Origin: Candidatus Thorarchaeota archaeon
GTDB lineage: Archaea > Asgardarchaeota > Thorarchaeia > Thorarchaeales > Thorarchaeaceae
Length of the DNA: 13,060 nucleotides
NCBI GenBank assembly: GCA_048882485.1
Contig: JBHLRP010000070.1
Coordinates: forward strand, 1-13,060
Direction: 5' to 3'
Part shown: positions 6,187 through 13,060 of the stretch, piece by piece
Position numbering within the stretch: the first letter of the stretch is position 1
Layout of the letters: the number at the start of each line of letters is the position of its first letter
Position numbers and translations under genes: made by a program
The notes under the pieces: generated by a model
What the model was told of the DNA's origin: nothing
What the model saw: only the letters and a program-made list of their open reading frames with translations
The model's database searches: none

Positions 6187-8325
6187 ATGCAATTCAGCAA
6201 GGTGTCTGTATTGGAGTCTAGTAGATTAAGACGTGAAGATGGACTTCCAGACACTACTAACCAAAGGCAAGCACTTCTTATCATTGCGGTTCTCCTCAAT
6301 CTTGTTCCAGCATTTATCCTCCGATTCGTTGGGGGCATAATGTATCCCTTTTTCATCGTGGTGTTCCTTTGGACCGCGCTCTACATCATCACGCTAGCAA
6401 TAGCCGTACGAATTGTCAGAAGTGGGGAGTCTCTTTCTCTCTTCAGTGTATCATCAAAATTCTCTCTGCCAATGTTACTACTGGTTTCGGTGGTTCCGCG
6501 TTTAGCATGGATTGGTTCTGAGTTTCTCGTTTCACTCGATGCTGTATGGTACATTGATTACGGGAAATTCATGGCACAGGGAAGCTTGCCTTACGCTGAT
6601 TTCTATTTTCCATATCCTCCCATTTTCGGCTACTTCGTCTATGCCATCTTGCTCATTGCACCCTCAGTGGACAGCTACAGAATCCTTGCTGTCATTTTTG
6701 ACATGGCGATTGTTGTGGCTCTATGGCAGATGGTTCGGTCCAAGGTGATCAAGGATGAATTTCGTCTTGCTCCATTGGTATATGCGCTTCTCCCTTTTGC
6801 TGTCATTGAGTCTGGCTTCAATGGACACTTCGAGCCAATAGCGAATATCTTTCTCATTCTCTCACTCTGGTGTATCCTGAGCGGTCGTCCCAGGTTGAGC
6901 GGAGTATTCCTTGGGCTCAGTGCAGCAACCAAGGTATATGCGGCCTTTATGCTTCCGGTGTACTTGCTCATCATCCGGGAGAACCGAAAGAGGATTGAGC
7001 TCATAGTGCTTGCACTTATTTCTGGCTATCTCACATTTATCCCGTTCTCAATCCCAGTATGGCTCAGAGGCGATTTGCTATTCCCGGGCACGGCTATGCC
7101 AGGGCTCTCAACCGGGTTCTTTGATGCATTGTTTGGCTTCATCTTTGACCTTGCTCCTCTGCATCTTCTTACTATTGCACTGATTGGCTTTGGCGCATTG
7201 GTTATGGTCATTTTCATTCTACTCAAGTCCCTTGGAGATCGCCCAGACCAGCTTGGGTCCACAGCAACCCTCTATGATATTCTATCCCTTTGCCTTGGAA
7301 TCGTGTTTGGTGTCATGACCGTTCTTGTGTGGGTATATCCTCTCCTTCCGCCTGGCCCTGGTGTATTTTGGCGGTACCCGTTCGATGTCGCTCTCGCTCG
7401 GGGTGTTTCTACGGCAGCTGGGACCCTGCTCATCATACGGATGGGTTGGCGAAGATGGAGGAATGCGACAAGTAGGAATATTACCAATAGACAACTAGCG
7501 CTGATTGCATCCGTGCTATTGATGCTGCTTGTTTCCATGTCGAAACAGGTGTTTTACGGATGGTATCTTCTGTGGGTCCTCCCGCCTGTCTTCCTGATCC
7601 GCGACCGCAGACTGGTGTACCTTGCAATAGCATGTATGCTATTCCTCTATCCTAGCTATACCCATGACAATTTCCTCAATCTTGGCTATGATGATGTCAA
7701 GACCTGGAGTGATCAGTTCTCAGAAGTGGATGACTGGGTATTGACTGTTGACCTGTCTAATACTACTCTGTCATTAGATGACGTTGGAGTCCATTCTCAG
7801 AGCACAAACGGGATAGGACGATTCTCTGTCGACACTAGCTCGGTCACTAATGAATCGGAACGTAGCATGATATCCGTCACATGGACCAAGAACGTGAATA
7901 TCCCGGTAACACCTCACACCGAATTTGTGATAAGAGAGTCCGCAGACTGGGATCCAGTCTTCGGAAGGTATTGCGATGTGGAGCTGCATTTTGAGGGTCT
8001 CAATTCCACAGGACATTCAGTCAGCTGGCCGATAATTGCAGAATGGCAACATGCTCCATCAAACATCACGTTTTGGCTGTGGCGATTCGCATTCTCCGGA
8101 CAAGGCATACATGTGCATCCGATCGAGCTGACACAGCTTCGCATTTTGATCGATAACATTCGTGAGCCTCGATTAGCATTTCTAGTGGACTTCATGTATA
8201 CAACCGAGGTCAATCTATTCTCCCTTGGGTCCGTCCCGCTCGTTTCTCTACTGACTATTCCCAACCTCTTGGCTGTTCTTGTTTTGGAGAGGACACTGCC
8301 AAGAGAGAATGAATGGTATTTGTAA
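6187..8325 (+). CDS. Polytopic GT-C glycosyltransferase (GT87/DUF2029/PIG-M-like) with a C-terminal exported domain and terminal membrane anchor
   Basis: Many hydrophobic helices. The loop SLDAVWYIDYG...GSLPYADFYFPYPP and the segments YALLPFAVIESGFNGHFEP, GVFLGLSAATKVYAAF and YGWYLLWVLP are typical of GT87/PIG-M-like enzymes. Begins 9 nt after the Dpm1-like stop codon. Confidence 0.8.
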   Translation: MQFSKVSVLESSRLRREDGLPDTTNQRQALLIIAVLLNLVPAFILRFVGGIMYPFFIVVFLWTALYIITLAIAVRIVRSGESLSLFSVSSKFSLPMLLLVSVVPRLAWIGSEFLVSLDAVWYIDYGKFMAQGSLPYADFYFPYPPIFGYFVYAILLIAPSVDSYRILAVIFDMAIVVALWQMVRSKVIKDEFRLAPLVYALLPFAVIESGFNGHFEPIANIFLILSLWCILSGRPRLSGVFLGLSAATKVYAAFMLPVYLLIIRENRKRIELIVLALISGYLTFIPFSIPVWLRGDLLFPGTAMPGLSTGFFDALFGFIFDLAPLHLLTIALIGFGALVMVIFILLKSLGDRPDQLGSTATLYDILSLCLGIVFGVMTVLVWVYPLLPPGPGVFWRYPFDVALARGVSTAAGTLLIIRMGWRRWRNATSRNITNRQLALIASVLLMLLVSMSKQVFYGWYLLWVLPPVFLIRDRRLVYLAIACMLFLYPSYTHDNFLNLGYDDVKTWSDQFSEVDDWVLTVDLSNTTLSLDDVGVHSQSTNGIGRFSVDTSSVTNESERSMISVTWTKNVNIPVTPHTEFVIRESADWDPVFGRYCDVELHFEGLNSTGHSVSWPIIAEWQHAPSNITFWLWRFAFSGQGIHVHPIELTQLRILIDNIREPRLAFLVDFMYTTEVNLFSLGSVPLVSLLTIPNLLAVLVLERTLPRENEWYL

Positions 8326-8342
8326 GGTGTGACTGTGTGGGC

Positions 8343-9563
8343 TTACCTTGTCATTTTGAATGTCTTCTGATAGTTGAGGAGGGTTCTCTTGGCTGCAAGT
8401 GTCCAATTCTCACTCTTCGCATATTCAATCTGCATTCGGCTTCTCTCCTCCAACTTGCTTGGTTGGCTCAGGATGCCCATTAGTTTCTCTGCCAGGGCTC
8501 TCGGATCTCCAGAACTGAAAAGGAATAGGTTGCCCCCTATTGATTCTCTGTTGTGGAAACCCACATCAGAAGCCAATATAGGGATACCATATCCAGCATA
8601 GTTGTGAATTGGGCCACTGGCACCTACGCTTTCAGTATATGGAATGAGCAAGAGTGTACTCGCCGAGAAGTATACAGGCACCTCATCGTCCGGAATGAAC
8701 CTTGTGTCGAATCGTATGTTCTCTTCAATAGCAAGCTCACCCACCAAATCGTGCAAATGTTCCAAGTGTCTATCACCCTCGCGACCCTGTGGTCTGCCTG
8801 CCACAAGCAAAAAAGCGTCTGGATGTTTTTCCCTCACTGCACTTATCGCGCGTAGGGCCGTATCAAAGCCCTTCCCCGGGCGTATGAATCCAAACATCAA
8901 GATGACCTTCTTGTCTGCTAGTCCGAGCAATCTTGCAGCATGTTGTTGGTCTGGTTTCCCCCCAGGAGGTACACAAGGATGAGGTATCTCTAGAACCTTC
9001 TTTGGATTGAATCCATATTCCCTAAGGAAGACTCTCCTCAGCGTCGAGTTCTCTCTCACGGTGCTTAGTTGTACAGTATCGGTGCTCCAATTCAAGACCT
9101 TCATGAAGAAACGGAAGATAGGCCCTGCCAGGATGGAGAACCGCCCAACTATTCTGTATTTCTTCACTCTCTCAACTACCTGCCATGGCATCCATGTGCT
9201 ATGCAATGTCATGGTAGTCTTCACTCCAGTCAAGCGCAAGAGAATCAGGAGAAACAGCATGATTTCACCGAAGAACCCTCCATAGACTCTCCCGTAAGGT
9301 CCAAACTGTACATGAGCGAGACTGCACTGCTTTTCAGCTATTTTTCCAAGCAACTGGAAAGGGTACATGATTGAGCGACCATCCCAGATTGATAATGTTT
9401 CAATCATGGAATTAGGAGGACTTACAGGATTGGCTTCTTTACCTCCAATTGCGATCACTCTGACCTTTCCAGTACTCACTAGGTTCTTGATCAATCTGGC
9501 AGCATAAGGAGCCTCTCCTGACTTCTCTGGAGGTAACGGGGAGATCATTGCCACCCTAAACAT
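8343..9563 (-). CDS. GT4 (GT-B fold) glycosyltransferase
   Basis: MFRVAMISPLPPEKSGEAPY, AHVQF, TMTLHS, EIPHP, FGFIRPGKGFD, LLVAG, FIPDDEVPVYFSAS and PYTESVGASG...GIPILASD. ATG 9563 is preferred because the ORF-track start at 9662 adds 33 non-homologous residues. Confidence 0.88.
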   Translation of the reverse strand: MFRVAMISPLPPEKSGEAPYAARLIKNLVSTGKVRVIAIGGKEANPVSPPNSMIETLSIWDGRSIMYPFQLLGKIAEKQCSLAHVQFGPYGRVYGGFFGEIMLFLLILLRLTGVKTTMTLHSTWMPWQVVERVKKYRIVGRFSILAGPIFRFFMKVLNWSTDTVQLSTVRENSTLRRVFLREYGFNPKKVLEIPHPCVPPGGKPDQQHAARLLGLADKKVILMFGFIRPGKGFDTALRAISAVREKHPDAFLLVAGRPQGREGDRHLEHLHDLVGELAIEENIRFDTRFIPDDEVPVYFSASTLLLIPYTESVGASGPIHNYAGYGIPILASDVGFHNRESIGGNLFLFSSGDPRALAEKLMGILSQPSKLEERSRMQIEYAKSENWTLAAKRTLLNYQKTFKMTR

Positions 9564-9664
9564 AGGAACCACTTCTGTCTGGAAACTAACAGGTGAAAAG
9601 GGTTTCCGGCACCTGAGGCCGACAACTTGATTTGCAGGGATTGGTCGTTTCGTGAGGAGCACTT

Positions 9665-9670
9665 AGGAGA
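9665..9670 (+). promoter_or_regulatory. Shine-Dalgarno-like AGGAGA for the flippase
   Basis: AGGAGA with a 7-nt spacer to ATG 9678. Confidence 0.45.
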
Positions 9671-9677
9671 CAGAGAT

Positions 9678-11207
9678 ATGTCAGACCCTGCATCAGCAGC
9701 CGCAAGAGGCACGTCTGCATTCATTGGCCAAGCCGCAGTCACTGGCATGCTGAGAGTGTTGAACCTCGCAATTCTGACACGACTGTTGATACAGGAAGAG
9801 ATGGGACAGATTGCTTTCCTGGGAATAATCTACGGCTTTATGCAGTTTCTTGGAGCACTCGGACTTAACCATGCTTCTCCACTGGTAATTCCAGAGGAGG
9901 AGGCGAAGGGGAACATAGGTCGAGTCAAGGGTTTTCTGACGAGGGCAACGGCAATCATCCTCGTTTCCTCGTCGGTAATGGCTATGCTGGTGCTTCTACT
10001 GACTCCTTTTCTATTTGCTTCGAGCGTGGTGTCTTTCGGCCTGCTCAGACTAGCCGTTATCATCGCTCCCTTTTCTGCCCTGGAAACATTCCTTGACTCA
10101 TTTCTTTTGGCAAGATACTCTGTGAAGAACCTAGCAACTGGCCGAATTGTTTTCGACATCTCTCGAATTATCGGAACGGTTGGGCTAGTTCTAATTGGCA
10201 TGGGAGTAGAAGGCGTGATGATTGGATGGCTCATGGGAGAAATAGTGGCTGTGGTTGTCTTTGGCTCAGCTGCCATCCGAGGTCTGAATGTAGAATCTAT
10301 AGCCATCAAGATGACCCCTATTCTAGCGTTTGCCGTACCGAATCTAGCATTCCAGGCTATTGATGTGACCATTCAGAATACAGATCGGCTTATCCTGCTC
10401 TACCTTACAGACCTCAGGGCCTTGGGAGTATTCGATGTGATTCTGAGAATCCTATATATGTTGAGCCTGTTGTCCCTTACAATTGCATCTTCAATATATC
10501 CTATACTGACCCGTATCAGGATCCGCCTTGACAGTGATGATGAGGCCTGGGGACAGGAGATGGGCAATGTCATCTCGAATCTTGTCCGTTACATTCTGAT
10601 TCTCGTCCTTCCTTTGGCTGTCATCGCAGCTCTCAATTCTCATATTATACTGGAGGTCCTATTTGGGACTCCATATGCCGTGTATCCAAGCGCAAGCCTC
10701 TCCTTCGCAATCCTTGTGCTCTCATACGCACTATGGGGGGTCATTCATGCAATTCATACATCGCTGCGGTCGATGGGTGAAGCCAAGTTCTTCATCTTCA
10801 CTGGACTAGGAATCATCGTTTTCGAGATCATTGGAGCTTGGTATCTTATTGGGTGGCTAGGCCTGCTAGGATCTGCAGTCATTCGCGCTCTATATGTGAC
10901 CATACTGTTCATTAGCTCTTGGGCACGATTGTACCAAAGAGGAGTGATTGGGCTCGGCTCTGTTAGCATCTCAGTCATCAGGATTGGCCTCGCGTCTGTT
11001 ATGGCGGGATGCATTGTCTTCTTGGTTCACCCCGTTGGGATCATAGATCTGGCATTCTGGGTCTTGTCTGGAGCATTGGCATACATCTGTCTTCTCTTTG
11101 GTTTCCGAGAGGTAAGAGGCCTAGATTTCCAGATTGCCAGGGCAGTTTTGCCTACCAGACTTCATGGAGTGGTAAAGAGGCTAGAGCACATCTACACAAG
11201 GGCATAG
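9678..11207 (+). CDS. Wzx/RfbX-type (MOP superfamily) oligosaccharide flippase
   Basis: 509 aa with roughly 12-14 hydrophobic segments. AARGTSAF...ILTRLLIQEEMGQ, LGLNHA, ILAFAVP...TDRLIL...ALGVF, SIYPILTR, ILEVLFGTPY, LRSMGE and LIGWLGLLGSA follow the flippase pattern. Confidence 0.88.
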   Translation: MSDPASAAARGTSAFIGQAAVTGMLRVLNLAILTRLLIQEEMGQIAFLGIIYGFMQFLGALGLNHASPLVIPEEEAKGNIGRVKGFLTRATAIILVSSSVMAMLVLLLTPFLFASSVVSFGLLRLAVIIAPFSALETFLDSFLLARYSVKNLATGRIVFDISRIIGTVGLVLIGMGVEGVMIGWLMGEIVAVVVFGSAAIRGLNVESIAIKMTPILAFAVPNLAFQAIDVTIQNTDRLILLYLTDLRALGVFDVILRILYMLSLLSLTIASSIYPILTRIRIRLDSDDEAWGQEMGNVISNLVRYILILVLPLAVIAALNSHIILEVLFGTPYAVYPSASLSFAILVLSYALWGVIHAIHTSLRSMGEAKFFIFTGLGIIVFEIIGAWYLIGWLGLLGSAVIRALYVTILFISSWARLYQRGVIGLGSVSISVIRIGLASVMAGCIVFLVHPVGIIDLAFWVLSGALAYICLLFGFREVRGLDFQIARAVLPTRLHGVVKRLEHIYTRA

Positions 11208-11307
11208 CAGGCACCACAGGTACAGGTGAAGCACCTTGGAAATGCTCATAAGCCCGCAGAATCGGATGAGCTAGACACGCAGTTCTACATGTTTCTCCCA
11301 TGGTGGA

Positions 11308-12483
11308 ATGATGAAGTTGAGTGAGTCGGGCCTCAAGCTATTGATGTACAGTCCCCTAAGCCTAAGAATGGGCGCAGGTGGAGACCGATGGCTTGTGGAG
11401 ATGGCACCTCGATTGATGAAGAGAGGCATTCAACCTACCGTGTTTGCTACCGATTTCATGGTAAAGAACTATCGCAGAAATCCTACAGATTGGTTTGTAG
11501 ATCAACTGGTTGATTCTGGAATCCGATACGAGGAAGCCGCATCCAGTTCAATCTCAAGTACTGTCAACACTCCACTAATGGGGAGAGGGGCGTTTACTCA
11601 ACTCTCCAGAGAGATGAAGAATCATGATATAACCTACTTCATGAATGCCTATTTCTTTCAGGATGTGTCAACTTGGATGGCCAAGCGGCTGGCCCATCCA
11701 GCGCCTGTGATAAGTGCTCAACATGCGACTCTATTTCAGGACAACCCATTTCACAATGCCTACATCCACCTAGTAAGTCGGAGCCTGCTCAGGGTATTCG
11801 ATGCGTTTCACGTACTGAACAAAGAAGACTACTTGACCTATGGGAGATGGGGGTTAAGCCCAGCATTTCTTATTCCCAACGGTGTGGATACCACGACGTT
11901 CTTTCCTGCTCGTTCGAAAGATGACGAACAGTTCAATGTGCTCTATCTAGGAAGACTAGACCACCAGAAGGGTATAGATACACTTCTTGAGGCAATTCAA
12001 TTCATCGAGAACAAGGTGGGCGACGGAATCGTCTTCAAGATTGGTGGGACCGGTCCATTCAGGGAGCATGTGCAGAGATTTGTCCGGAATCGTCCAAATG
12101 TTCAATACCTCGGCCGTGTGCCTGAAGAAGATCTCGTGCAGGTTTACAATTCAGCCAGCGTTTTCGCAATGCCGTCTCGTCGAGAGACCTTTGGTCTGGT
12201 AGCATTGGAGGCCATGGCTTGTGGTACTCCAGTTGTGGTGAGTGATATTCCGGGCCCAAGGAGTTTCATTGAGGAATCTTTTGCACGCAAGATGCCACCA
12301 ACGAATCCGAAGCTATTGGCAGATGCAATTGAATGGTTCTATCATCTTTCGCTGGAACATCCAGAAGAGTTCAAATCCATGGCGAAGAACGCCAGAGCCG
12401 TCTGCGTCGAAAAGTTCGACTGGGAGCAGATATCTGACAGGCTTTCAGCCGTGATAAAGTGGGTAGTAGCGGGAAAGGAATAG
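11308..12483 (+). CDS. GT4 (GT-B fold) glycosyltransferase, PimA/PIG-A/RfaB-like
   Basis: GAGGDRW, ISAQHA, IPNGVD, YLGRLDHQKGID, IGGTGP, LGRVPEED and an intact EX7E motif in PSRRETFGLVALEAMACGTPVV. Confidence 0.92.
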   Translation: MMKLSESGLKLLMYSPLSLRMGAGGDRWLVEMAPRLMKRGIQPTVFATDFMVKNYRRNPTDWFVDQLVDSGIRYEEAASSSISSTVNTPLMGRGAFTQLSREMKNHDITYFMNAYFFQDVSTWMAKRLAHPAPVISAQHATLFQDNPFHNAYIHLVSRSLLRVFDAFHVLNKEDYLTYGRWGLSPAFLIPNGVDTTTFFPARSKDDEQFNVLYLGRLDHQKGIDTLLEAIQFIENKVGDGIVFKIGGTGPFREHVQRFVRNRPNVQYLGRVPEEDLVQVYNSASVFAMPSRRETFGLVALEAMACGTPVVVSDIPGPRSFIEESFARKMPPTNPKLLADAIEWFYHLSLEHPEEFKSMAKNARAVCVEKFDWEQISDRLSAVIKWVVAGKE

Positions 12484-12552
12484 GGAAGTATTGCAGATGA
12501 AACAGGTTTGAAATTGAGGGAACACCCCGAGGCGGTGCTATTCGGCCCCAAC

Positions 12553-12564
12553 TATATCATATAA
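12553..12564 (+). promoter_or_regulatory. AT-rich TATA-like element upstream of the last GT2
   Basis: TATATCATATAA in the longest intergenic gap, followed by AGGAGA (12585-12590) 6 nt before an in-frame GTG at 12597. Confidence 0.3.
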
Positions 12565-12638
12565 CACAAGATGATTGATAAAACAGGAGATTTCCAGTGC
12601 AAATAGGAAACCAAAATAATAGAGCTGAGGACTCAAGA

Positions 12639-13060
12639 TTGACCTTTGTCTACTTTCTATTGCCTGCCTACAACGAAGAGGCGAACTTGCCTGACCTTCT
12701 CACGGCAATAGATGAAGCGATGACTGACTATCATGTCGTTCTTGTGAACGATGGCTCGCAAGATCATACTGGAGAGATAGCCCGTGAGTATGCACAAAAG
12801 ATGCCCATGACAGTCATTGATCATGAAGAGAACAAAGGTCTTGGCGGCGCTCTGAAGACGGGGATATTTTACATTATTGAGAAAGGGCAAAACGGTGCAG
12901 CCGTGGTCACTATGGACTCTGACCTCACCCACGATCCAAAGATGGTTCCATTGATGGTCCGTGAACTAGAAAAGGGATTTGATGTTATTGTTGCTTCTCG
13001 TTACGCACCCGGAGGAGAACAACGCAATCTTCCTCTTTCTAGGAGGATTCTGAGTTGGGG
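12639..13060 (+). CDS. Second GT2 Dpm1-like glycosyltransferase, 3'-truncated by the window edge
   Basis: Not in the ORF track. Hand translation: (M)TFVYFLLPAYNEEANL...VLVNDGSQDHT...HEENKGLGGALKTG...VVTMDSDLTHDP...DVIVASRYAPGG...RRILSW. The start is TTG 12639 or GTG 12597; an in-frame TAA at 12579-12581 bounds the ORF. Confidence 0.9.
   Translation, partial: MTFVYFLLPAYNEEANLPDLLTAIDEAMTDYHVVLVNDGSQDHTGEIAREYAQKMPMTVIDHEENKGLGGALKTGIFYIIEKGQNGAAVVTMDSDLTHDPKMVPLMVRELEKGFDVIVASRYAPGGEQRNLPLSRRILSW

Noticed and set aside
6512-8264. Several 60-116 aa alternative-frame and antisense ORFs within the GT-C gene
   Set aside because: They have no recognisable motifs, and such shadow ORFs are common over genes for hydrophobic proteins.
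9627-9662. Apparent head-to-head overlap of the GT4 and flippase ORFs in the ORF track
   Set aside because: An artefact of longest-ORF start calls. Homology-consistent ATGs at 9563 (-) and 9678 (+, with SD) leave a 114-bp gap.
9830-10372. 180-aa antisense ORF inside the flippase
   Set aside because: Its Thr/Ile/Pro/Arg-rich composition is what the reverse complement of hydrophobic codons gives, and it has no domain signature.
11244-11271. GCTCAT...ATGAGC hairpin between the flippase and the GT4
   Set aside because: A 6-bp stem with a bulged interior and no U-tract, within chance expectation.
12657-12932. 91-aa minus-strand ORF
   Set aside because: Antisense to the clear plus-strand GT2 that runs off the window edge.
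1-13060. CRISPR arrays, IS elements or transposases, tRNA/rRNA, defence systems
   Set aside because: No regularly spaced repeats, terminal inverted repeats, recombinase or nuclease motifs, or RNA-gene signatures were seen by eye. All intergenic gaps are about 155 bp or shorter.

Overview
Gene-dense prokaryotic window, most likely archaeal. The evidence is an archaeal-type N-terminal extension on the PflX-like radical SAM protein, TATA-like boxes about 30 nt upstream of starts, and Dpm1-like GT2 genes next to a GT-C enzyme. An Asgard/Thorarchaeia origin is only a guess and cannot be shown here. The left part (1-5292) holds a partial conserved hypothetical protein and a WecC-like UDP-sugar dehydrogenase on the minus strand. 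On the plus strand it holds a full-length ATCase/OTCase-fold protein that appears to have lost its catalytic motifs, a PflX-like radical SAM protein, an orphan hypC and a divergent sugar-phosphate nucleotidyltransferase. The right part (5401-13060) is a surface-glycosylation cluster: Dpm1-like GT2, a 712-aa GT87/PIG-M-like GT-C with an extra exported domain, two GT4s, a Wzx-type flippase and a second, partial Dpm1-like GT2. The two edge genes (1-486 and 12639-13060) are missing from the supplied ORF track and were translated by hand. The best leads are the transcarbamylase pseudoenzyme and a lipid-phosphate-sugar-dependent glycosylation module organised like the PIM/GPI pathways. No rRNA, tRNA, CRISPR array or mobile element was recognised. 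All family calls come from motif recognition by eye, not from database searches.
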